A stretch of DNA of 64,000 nucleotides from Heptranchias perlo (lineage: Eukaryota), in contig NC_090336.1 in the NCBI RefSeq assembly GCF_035084215.1, positions 56,482,001 through 56,546,000 on the forward strand. The letters run 5' to 3'. Every line of letters begins with the position of its first letter. The first letter of the stretch is position 1. Under the pieces are notes generated by a model. It worked only from the letters and a program-made list of their open reading frames with translations. It was not told the origin of the DNA and ran no database searches. Shown in pieces: positions 12,038 to 21,894 of the stretch. The position numbers and the translations under genes are program-made.

Positions 12038-14946
12038 TGGTTCAGCCCTGTCCTTCAGGGAAGGGAACCTGCCAACTCTACCTGGTCTGGCCTACATGTG
12101 ACTGTAGGTCCATATTACATGGTTGACTCTTAATGCTCTCTGAAGTGCCCTATCAATCCATTCAGTTGTTAGGGAAAACTACATTTAGGCAATATATGCC
12201 AGTATTGCCATTTGCCAAGAACATATTGTATAAAAAGAACATATTTTTGACCAGACTTTTGCTCATCTCTCCCCTCGTAGCTCCATGTTCGCTTCCCTGT
12301 CTATTTCCAATTCAAGAGTTGATATATAATACTGGGGTCCCAAGTTGGAGATTTCCTCCAAAAGTGTTCCAACAATCTGATTTCAGCAAGTAGTGATTAA
12401 CTCTGAACCTGGACCTCAGAAAACAAAGGGCAGAGTTCCAGGTGATGACAAGATTTAGAAAGGGACTTCATAAGCATAAGCAATGCATGAAGAAGCTTTG
12501 CAATTGGTATTCTGTGCTAACATTTTCAGCTGATACACAAGCCTAGAAATTACTGCTGGGAACATTGGTGGGAAAATGCTGAACGCATTACATTGAGTTA
12601 CATCAAAACTATTGCACAGAAACAGGCCATTCGGCCCAACTGGTCTATGCCGGCGTTGATGCTCCACACGAGCCTCCTCCCTCCCTACTTCATCTAACCC
12701 TATCAGTATAACCTTCTATTCCTTTCTCCCTCACGTACTTATCTAGCTTCCCCTTAAATGTATCTATGCTGGCCGCCTCAACTACTCCTTGTGATAGCGC
12801 GTTCCACATTCTTACCACTCTTCGAGTAAAGAAATTTCTCCTGAATTCCTTATTGGATTTATTAGCGACTATTTTATATTTCTGACCTCGAGTTTTGGAC
12901 TCCCCCACAAGCGGAAACATTTTCTCTACGTTTACCCTATCAAACCCCTTCATTATCTTAAAGACCTCTATCAGCTCACCCTCTGCCTTTTCTTTTCTAG
13001 CGAAGAGCCCAGATTGTTCAGCCTTGCCTGATAAGTATGTCCTCTCAGTTGTGGTATCATTTTTGTGAATCATTTTTGTACTCTCTCCAATGCATCAAAT
13101 CCTTTTTATAACATGGAGACCAGAACGGTGCACAGTTCTCCAAGTGTGGCCTAACCGAGGTTCTATACAAGTTTAACATAACTTCTCTGCTTTTCAATTC
13201 TATCCCTCTAGAAATGAACCCGAATGCTTGATTTGCCTTTTTTATGACCATAATAACCTGCATTGCTACTTTTAGTGGTTTGTGTATCTGTACCCCTAGA
13301 CCCCTCTGCTCCTCTATCCCATTTAGACTCTTATCCAAGCAGTATGTGGCCTCCTTATTCTTCCTACCAAAATGCACCACCTCACACTTATCTATATTGA
13401 AATTCATTTGCCAATTACACGCCCATTCTACAGGTTTATTAATGTCCTCTTGCATTTTGACGCATTCTTCCTTTGTATTAACTACACCCTCCAACTTGGC
13501 GTCATCTGCAAATTTTGAAATTGTACTTCCAATTCCCAAATTCAAATTGTCAATGTAAATTGTGAACAACATTAGTCCCAGCACCGATCCCTGTGGAACA
13601 CCACTTCCCACCTTTTGCCAGTCTGAGTGCATACCCTTAACCCTGACTCTCAGTTTTCTGTTTTGTAGCCAACTTGCTATCTATTCTGCTACGGGTCCCC
13701 TGACTCCACATACTCTGACCTTAGTCGTGAGTCTACAATGCAGCATCTTATCGAAGGCCTTTTGAAAACCCAATTATATTACATCTACAACATTACCCAT
13801 GTCTACTCTTTCTGTTACTTCTTCAAATAATTCAATAAGGTTGATCAAGCATGATTTTCCCTTCTGAAATCCATGCTGACTACTCTTTGTTATATTTTTG
13901 TTCTCTAGATATTTTTCTATTACACCTTTGAGTAAAGATTCCATTATCTTTCCTACTACCGACGTCAAGCTAACTGGTCTATAGTTCCCTGGACAAGTTC
14001 TATCTCCCTTTTTAAATATAGGAACAACATTAGCTGTCTGCCAGTCCTCTGGCACTATTACCGTTTCTAATGACTTTTTATATATATGTAATAGTGCCTC
14101 TGCTATCTCCTCCATAACTTCTTTTAATATTCACGGATGCAATCCATCTGGACCAGGACCTTTATCCTCTCAAAGTTTGATTAGTTTATCAATTATCTCC
14201 CCCCCCCCCACCCTTTCTAGCTTAAATGTTTTAATATCTTTTTTGATCTCTTCTTCTAATTTCCTGCCCATCTTGTTAGTCTCCCTGGTAAATATGGAGG
14301 AGAAGTAACTATTCAATATTTTTGCCGTTTCACTGCCATTACCTGTGAGTTTATCTTGTGCATCCCTGAGTGGCCCTGTCCCTATCCTGATTTTTCTTTT
14401 GTTATTTATGTGTCTGTAGAATACTTTACTATTTCTTTTTTATTCCATGAGAATTTAATCTCATAGTTCTTCTTTGCTTTCCTAATTTTTTTTTTACTTC
14501 TTTCCTCTCCTTTATTGCCTATGTACTTAGAGTATGCGTTTTTCTTTAGTTTCAATTTTACCCTTAACTCTTTATTCATCCATGGTGTTTCATTATTGGC
14601 TAGTTTGTTCTTGCTTTTTAGAGGAATACATTTCTCCTGAACTCTATTGATCTCTGTTTTGAATATTTCCCATTGCTATTTCTATCTCTTTGTCTGTCAA
14701 AATTTTTTTCCAATTTACTTTCCCAAGTTCCATTCTCATCCCCTCAAAATTAGCTTTATTCCAATCTATTACTTTGGTCTTTGAGTTACTTATGTCTTTC
14801 TCAATCATTATTTTAAATCTTATTATATTATGATCACTTTTGCCTTGATGTTTCCCTATGCTTACTTCTCTTATCTGCTCCGGTTCATTTCCCATTACTG
14901 GATCCTCTATTCTTGGGCTTCTCACAAACTGGGTAAGAAAGGAGTC

Positions 14947-17900
14947 ATAGAGTCATAGAGTCATACAGCACGGATAGAGGCCCTTCGGCCCATCGTGTCC
15001 GCGCCGGCCATCAGCCCTGTCTACTCTAATCCCATATTCCAGCATTTGGTCCGTAGCCTTGTATGCTATGGCATTTCAAGTGCTCATCCAAATGCTTCTT
15101 GAATGTTGTGAGGGTTCCTGCCTCCACAACCCTTTCAGGCAGTGAGTTCCAGACTCCAACCACCCTCTGGGTGAAAAAGTTCTTTCTCAAATCCCCTCTA
15201 AACCTCCCGCCTTTTACCTTGAATCTATGTCCCCTTGTTATAGAACCCTCAACGAAGGGAAAAAGCTCCTTAGTATCCATCCTATCTGTGCCCCTCATAA
15301 TTTTGTACACCTCAATCATGTCCCCCCTCAGCCTCCTCTGCTCCAAGGAAAACAAACCCAATCTTCCCAGTCTCTCTTCATAGCTGAAGCGCTCCAGCCC
15401 TGGTAACATCCTGGTGAATCTCCTCTGCACCCTCTCCAAAGCGATCACATCCTTCCTGTAGTGTGGCGACCAGAACTGCACACAGTACTCCAGCTGTGGC
15501 CTAACCAGTGTTTTATACAGCTCCATCATAACCTCCTTGCTCTTATATTCTATGCCTCGGCTAATAAAGGCAAGTATCCCATATGCCTTCTTTACCACCT
15601 TATCTACCTGTTCCGCCGCCTTCAGGGATCTGTGAACTTGCACACCAAGATCCCTCTGACCCTCTGTCTTGCCTAGGGTCCTCCCATTCATTGTGTATTC
15701 CCTTGCCTTGTTAGTCCCTCCAAAGTGCATCACCTCGCACTTTTCCGGGTTAAATTCCATTTGCCACTGTTCCGCCCATCTGACCAACCCATCTATATCA
15801 TCCTGCAGACTGAGGCTATCCTCCTCACTATTTACCACCCTACCAATCTTTGTATCATCAGCGAACTTACTGATCATACCTTTTACATTCATATCCAAGT
15901 CATTAATGTAGACCACAAACAGCAAGGGACCCAGCACCGATCCCTGTGGTACCCCACTGGCCACAGGCTTCCAGTCACAAAAACAACCTTCGACCATCAC
16001 CCTCTGCCTTCTGCCACTAAGCCAGTTTTGTATCCAAAATGCCAAGGCACCCTGGATTCCATGGGCTCGTACCTTCTTGACCAGTCTCCTGTGGGGGATT
16101 TTATCGAAGGCCTTACTGAAATCCATGTATACCACATCCACTGCGTTACCCTCATCCACACGCCTAGTCACCCCCTCAAAAAATTCAATCAAATTAGTCA
16201 GACATGATCTTCCCTTGACAAAGCCATGTTGACTATCCCTGATTAATCCTTGCTTCTCCAAGTGGAGACTAATTTTGTCCTTCAGAATTTTTTCCAATAA
16301 TTTTCCTACCACTGATGTTAGGCTCACTGGCCTGTAGTTCCCCGGTTTTTCCCTACTCCCCTTCTTGAATAATGGTATTACATTAGCGGTTCTCCAGTCC
16401 TCTGGCACATCCCCTGTGGCCAGAGAGGTTCTGAATATATGTGTCAGAGCCCCCGCAATCTCCTCCTTTGCCTCACACAGTAGCCTGGGATACATTTCGT
16501 CCGGGCCTGGGGATTTATCCATTTTTAGGCCTGCTAAAACCGCCAATACCTCCTCCCGCTCGATGTTAATATGTTCGAGTATATCACAGTCCCCCTGCCG
16601 TATTTCTATGTCTACATCGTCCTTCTCCATAGTGAAAACAGATGCAAAAAATTCATTTAGAACCCCTCCTACATCTGCCGGCTCCACACACAGATTGCCA
16701 TTTTTGTCCCTAATGGGCCCTATTTTTTCCCTAGTCATCCTCTTACCCTTAATATACTTATAAAACATCTTAGGATTTTCCTTTATTTTGCTCGCCAGTG
16801 TTATTTCATGGCCCCTCCTTGATCTCCTAATTTCTTTTTTAAGTATCCCCCTGCACTTTTTGTACTCCTCTAGGGCTTCCTCCGTCTTTAGCCTTTTGTA
16901 TCTGCCAAAAGCCCTCCTTTTTTTCCTAATCCATTCTCGTATATCCCCTGACATCCAAGGTTCCCTGGAGTTCTTGGAACCACCCTTGACCTTTACGGGA
17001 ACATGTTGCCATTGTATGGTCTCAATCTCCCTTCTGAAAGACTCCCATTGCTCCGATGCGGATTTTCCTACAAGCAGCTGATCCCAGTCCATTTTGGCCA
17101 GATCCTGCCTTATCCTATTAAAATCGGCCTTCCCCCAATTTAGAACCTTTATTTCCGGCCCCTCCCTGTCCTTTTCCATGACCACCTTAAATCTCACCGA
17201 ATTATGGTCACTGTCACCAAAGTGCTCACCTACTAGCACTTCTTCCACTTGGCCGGCCACATTCCCTAGAATTAGGTCCAGTACCGCCCCCTCTCTTGTA
17301 GGACTTTCTACATGCTGGCTCAAAAAGCTCTCCTGGATGCACGTTAAGAATTTTGTACCCTCTAAGCCTTTTACACTCTGAGTATCCCAGTTAATATTGG
17401 GGAAGTTGAAATCCCCCACGATTATTACCCTATTATTTGCACAATTTTCTGAGATTTGCCTACATATCTGTTCCTCGATCTCCCCCTGACTGTTTGGGGG
17501 CCTATAGTACACTCCCATCAAAGTGCTTGCCCCCTTTTTGTTTTTAAGCTCCACCCATATGGCCTCATTAGAGGAACCTGCTAATATATCATCCCTCCTT
17601 ATGGCAGTAATTGATTCTTTAATTAATATTGCGACCCCCCCTCCTCTTATACCTCCCCCTCTGTCTCGCCTGAAGATTCTGTACCCCGGAATATTGAGCT
17701 GCCAGTCTTGCCCCTCCCTCAACCATGTCTCTGTGACAGCAACAATATCATACTCCCATGTGTTTATCAACACCTTCAGTTCATCCACCTTATTCGCAAG
17801 ACTCCTTGCATTAAAATAGATGCCATCCAGCCTTGCCCTTACATATTTGCCCTGTCTTCCAAGCTGACTTGTTTTTTTCTCTATATTTGGCTGCACATCA

Positions 17901-18820
17901 CCCCCTATTGTAGCTCCACTCTGTATCCCATCCCCCTGCCAAGTTAGTTTAAACCCCCCCCCAACAGTGCTAGCAAACCTCCCCGCAAGGATATTTGTCC
18001 CGCTCTGGTTCAGGTGCAACCCGTCCGACTTGTACAAGTCCCACCTTCCCCAGAAGCAGGCCCAGTGATCCAGGAAACTGAAACCTTCCCTCCTGCACCA
18101 ACTCTTTAGCCACGCATTCATCTGTTCTATCCTCCTATTTCTATACTCACTAGCCCGTGGCACTGGGAGTACTCCAGAGATTACAACCTTTGAGGTCCTG
18201 CTCTTTAATCTGCTACCTAGCTCCCTAAATTCTTGATGCAGGACCTCATCTCCCTTCCTACCTATGTCGTTGGTCCCAATGTGGACCACGACCTCTGCCT
18301 GCTCACCCTCCCCCTTGAGAATGCCCTGAAGCCGCTCAGTGACATCCATGACCCTGGCACCAGGGAGGCAACAAACCATCCTGGAGTCACGTTTACGGCC
18401 ACAGAAACGCCTGTCTGTTCCCCTTACGATAGAATCCCCTACCACTATAGCTCTTCCACTCTTTTTCCTCCCAGCCTGTGCAGCAGAGCTACCCCTGGTG
18501 CCAGGAAGTTGGCTGCTGCTGCCTACCCCTGATAAGTCATCCCCCTCAACAATATCCAAAGCGGTATATTTGTTTGAGAGGGGGACGGCCACAGGGGACC
18601 CCTGCACTGCCTGCCTGCTCTTCTTACTCTGCCTGGTGGTCATCCAATTACTTCCTGCCTGTACAACCTTTACCTGCGGTGTGACCATTTCACTAAACGT
18701 GCTATCCACGACGTTCTCAGCATCGTGAATGCTCCATAATGAATCCATCCGCAGCTCCAGTGCCGCAATGCGGTTTGTCAGTCGCTGCAGCTGGATACAT
18801 TTCCCGCACACATGGTCGTC
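14947..18820 (-). mobile_element. Young 5'-truncated CR1 LINE
   Basis: (ATAGAGTC)n 8-bp tail at the left end, AGGAGTC duplicated at 14940-14946 and 18855-18861, uninterrupted ORF. Confidence 0.96.
15026..18811 (-). CDS. CR1 ORF1-ORF2 fused reading frame, 1261 aa: CxxC/coiled coil, SGNH esterase, APE endonuclease, reverse transcriptase
   Basis: GDSIVRG, HIGTND, DGLHL (SGNH); YFNARSL, ETWL, GDFN, SDH (APE); DFSKAFD, PQGSVLGP, KFADD (RT). The true start is lost to 5' truncation. Confidence 0.9.
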   Translation of the reverse strand: MCGKCIQLQRLTNRIAALELRMDSLWSIHDAENVVDSTFSEMVTPQVKVVQAGSNWMTTRQSKKSRQAVQGSPVAVPLSNKYTALDIVEGDDLSGVGSSSQLPGTRGSSAAQAGRKKSGRAIVVGDSIVRGTDRRFCGRKRDSRMVCCLPGARVMDVTERLQGILKGEGEQAEVVVHIGTNDIGRKGDEVLHQEFRELGSRLKSRTSKVVISGVLPVPRASEYRNRRIEQMNAWLKSWCRREGFSFLDHWACFWGRWDLYKSDGLHLNQSGTNILAGRFASTVGGGFKLTWQGDGIQSGATIGGDVQPNIEKKTSQLGRQGKYVRARLDGIYFNARSLANKVDELKVLINTWEYDIVAVTETWLREGQDWQLNIPGYRIFRRDRGGGIRGGGVAILIKESITAIRRDDILAGSSNEAIWVELKNKKGASTLMGVYYRPPNSQGEIEEQICRQISENCANNRVIIVGDFNFPNINWDTQSVKGLEGTKFLTCIQESFLSQHVESPTREGAVLDLILGNVAGQVEEVLVGEHFGDSDHNSVRFKVVMEKDREGPEIKVLNWGKADFNRIRQDLAKMDWDQLLVGKSASEQWESFRREIETIQWQHVPVKVKGGSKNSREPWMSGDIREWIRKKRRAFGRYKRLKTEEALEEYKKCRGILKKEIRRSRRGHEITLASKIKENPKMFYKYIKGKRMTREKIGPIRDKNGNLCVEPADVGGVLNEFFASVFTMEKDDVDIEIRQGDCDILEHINIEREEVLAVLAGLKMDKSPGPDEMYPRLLCEAKEEIAGALTHIFRTSLATGDVPEDWRTANVIPLFKKGSREKPGNYRPVSLTSVVGKLLEKILKDKISLHLEKQGLIRDSQHGFVKGRSCLTNLIEFFEGVTRRVDEGNAVDVVYMDFSKAFDKIPHRRLVKKVRAHGIQGALAFWIQNWLSGRRQRVMVEGCFCDWKPVASGVPQGSVLGPLLFVVYINDLDMNVKGMISKFADDTKIGRVVNSEEDSLSLQDDIDGLVRWAEQWQMEFNPEKCEVMHFGGTNKAREYTMNGRTLGKTEGQRDLGVQVHRSLKAAEQVDKVVKKAYGILAFISRGIEYKSKEVMMELYKTLVRPQLEYCVQFWSPHYRKDVIALERVQRRFTRMLPGLERFSYEERLGRLGLFSLEQRRLRGDMIEVYKIMRGTDRMDTKELFPFVEGSITRGHRFKVKGGRFRGDLRKNFFTQRVVGVWNSLPERVVEAGTLTTFKKHLDEHLKCHSIQGYGPNAGIWD

Positions 18821-18965
18821 ATGTGTTTTGGAATGGAGTTTTTACAGTGTGTACAGGAGTCCTGTACACACTGTAAAAACTCCATTCCCTTTCCCCACCT
18901 CTTCTTACCAGTTTACTTGGGGGTAGTTGAAATCGCCCATGATTATTATTCAATGCTTTTTACTC

Positions 18966-19033
18966 ATTTCATAGATTTGTCTACATAGATTTCATAGATT
19001 TGTCTACATAGATTTCATAGATTTGTCTACATA
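18966..19033. repeat. 23-bp tandem triplication (ATTTCATAGATTTGTCTACATAG) inside the old CR1
   Basis: Three direct copies. Confidence 0.9.
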
Positions 19034-19638
19034 TTTCATCCTCCACTTCCCTTCCACTATTAGCTGGTCTGTAGAATATACCTATTAACATGATCAATCC
19101 CTTCTTATCCTTTGTCTCAATCCATACGGATTCTGTTTCTATCTTAATGTTATTTATGTCCCTTTTTTCTATTGCCATTATGGTGTCTCTAATTAGTACA
19201 GCTACCCCACTCCCTTCTTCCTTCCCTATCCTTTCTAAATACATTATACCCTGCAACATTTAACTGCCAATCCTGTTCCTTATGTAGCCTTGTTTCAGTT
19301 ATCCCTACCGCATCTGGCTCCTCGTTATGAATTATTGCCTCCAGTTCCCCAGTTTTGTTTCAGATGCTGTGCAAATTGCTGTACAGGCAATTTAATTTGT
19401 TTTTGGTAATTGTTCCCCTCACTTTATTTTTAAAACATTTTGTACTAATGTTCTATAACTGTAATTGTTCCCTGACTGTTTATGTTACATTTATTCCTTA
19501 TCTTGGTCTGACCTTTGCTCTCATTTCCTATTTCTTTTATCTTCAAACTTATGTTATCGTCACCAGATCCCTCCCCCCATCTTACTAGTTGAAATTCCTA
19601 TTAACAGCCCTATTTATCCTTTCTGCGAGGACATTGGA

Positions 19639-19859
19639 TGTTAATTGTATCCATGTGATTTATATCAATTACTGTTAACTGTATTCAGGTGGCAGGTATC
19701 AATTGATATATTGTATATATATTGTATCCATATGTAAGAAAGCTTATCCAGGGTGTGGTGTGGGCATAATGTGAAGCTCTGTGAATAAAGGCTTGGAAGC
19801 AACTGAAGACCAGGCTCTGGTATTCTATCCTTCACCACCTGGCTATCCAATTTATAAGA
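19639..19859 (+). mobile_element. Probable solo LTR (about 220 bp)
   Basis: Interrupts CR1 ORF1; starts TGTTAA, ends TATAAGA (degenerate ...AACA), AATAAA at 19784-19789, imperfect 5-bp TSD TTGGA/CTGGT. Confidence 0.65.
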
Positions 19860-20284
19860 CTGGTCCCACTAAGGTTCAGGTCGAGCCTGTCGCAACGGTA
19901 CAGCTCCTTCCTGTCCCAGTATTGGTGCCAGTGTCCCATGAAATGGAACCCCTCCTTCCCACACCAGTCTTTTAGCCAATCATTCACCATCCTGATCTGC
20001 CTATCCCCATGCCAATTAGCACGTGGCTCGGGTAGTAATCCCAGGGTTACCACCCATGACGTCCTTTTCTTTTTAAATTTAGTTCCGAACTTCTGATATT
20101 CTCTCGGCAGGACCTCCTCCCTTTTCTTCCCTATGTCATTGGTCCCAACATGGACCACGACAACTGGATCCAGTCCCTCCCTTTCCAAGTTCCTCTCCAG
20201 TTGCTCCGAAATATCCTTTACCCTTGCACCAGGAAGGCAACACACCCTCCTGGACTCTCGGTCGCAACTGCAGAGGATCTCGTA

Positions 20285-21040
20285 TGCATGACCATAACAT
20301 TCCTTTGTTTCCTAGTTTAGGAATTAACCATTGAATTTTCCAATAAATAGTTGGCTAGTTTGTCTAATGTCTCCTTTCTTTCTATCTTAACTGTTGTAAT
20401 AGCCCTCTTGACCTCTTCTACTGTTGTCATTTCCTCTTTGTTAGCCTCTTCAGTGAAAACTGAGGCAGAGTATCTATTCAGTATCCCTGCCATTTCAGTA
20501 TCATCTCCCGTGCGTTTATCTTGCTCATCTCTTAGTCGACTTATCTCTATCTTAATTCTCCTTTTGTTACATATGTGCCAAAAGAATCACTATAGATTGC
20601 TCTTCAATCTTCTATACTCAAAGGAATACAAGCCAAGTTTATAACAACCTGTCTTCATAATTTAACCCTCTAAATCATTCTGGAGAATCTGGGCTGCACC
20701 CCCTCCAATCCCAATATATCCTTCCCGAGCTGCAGTGCCCAAAACTGAATGCAGTTATCCAGATAGGGTCTGACCAATGCTCCATACAATGGAAGCATAA
20801 TTTCCTCCCCTTTTTAATCCAGCCCCCTTGAGATAAAGTGCAACATTTCATTAGTCTTTTTGATTTCTTTTTGTACGTGTGCACGAGCTTTAAATGATTT
20901 GTCCACTTGGACCCCCAAATCTCTTTGCTCCTCTGCAGTTCCTAGTTTCTCACCATTTGGACAAATACTCCAATTTATCTTTTAGGTCCAAAGTGCATGA
21001 CCTCACACTTGCCCACATTAAACCTCATCTGCCATCATTA
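20285..21040 (-). mobile_element. Degenerate CR1 fragments
   Basis: RT-region remnants homologous to neighbouring CR1 copies. Confidence 0.75.
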
Positions 21041-21894
21041 GCATACACGTTCTTTCTGCATAACGCAGTGATAACTAAATGACTTGAGGTTTACACTGCA
21101 ACATTTCTATGAAGCAGTTTCACTTTGTATTGATGCTATAAAAGCCTAAATTCAGAATCTGGGCCCAACTTAACCATTAGCAAAGCGGACCCAGACTTCC
21201 CAGGTCAGGCCTTAACTCTGAATGTATGCTACAGAAGTTTAGTGCTAGTGTGAAGCTGAATCCACTTTGCACCGATACAAAATTAGTAGTGTAAATGTAA
21301 TATTTTAGGAATAGCGAGAGTCATCAGTTTTATTGTTATAGATATTTGTAATGGAAGAAAAATGTTGTGCAATGCATTATATTATTATGAAACTAACATA
21401 TTTTGGAATCAGACCTCGGTTGATTATTCTGTGAAAACTGTAAACGAGTGACTTTCTTAAATATGTGAATAAATTGATGAAATAACCATGTGATCTTTAT
21501 GAATTAAAAGCAGCTTTACTAAAGAAGGAATCAGGCAAAATTAATTGAACAGGGATACAGAACTTAGGAAATTTAAAAATGAATGAAATAGCTACAATTT
21601 ACAGATTAAAACTGGCTATGACAAATTTGGGGTCTGTACTAGATATGGTTTTGGGTTCAGTGTCATTGGTCATTCTCACCAGCAGACCTTATATTCCCTG
21701 CAACTTGGAGAGTACTTTTATCATCAAATATCTGGACAGACAGCAGCATGACCAGGGGCCATAACACAGATGCCTCAATGTGTATAATGGATACCGCCAT
21801 CTTGCTTTTGACCCCACATGCGTTTCTCCAATCTTTCAAAAGCAGACTGATAAGCACTCGTGAGACAAGAGCAATTGTAAATCAACAAACTAGT

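Larger units (their letters stand above)
12595..20280 (-). mobile_element. Older degenerate near-full-length CR1 LINE (ORF1 esterase + ORF2 APE/RT) interrupted by a young CR1 and a solo LTR
   Basis: Broken ORFs 19832-20245 (esterase, VHVGTND), 18981-19259 (APE), 14644-14925, 13774-14115, 13057-13632 (KFADD), 12690-13073; sequence is continuous across both insertions. Confidence 0.9.

Noticed and set aside
15063-18728. Many plus-strand ORFs antisense to CR1
   Set aside because: Shadow frames of the CR1 coding strand
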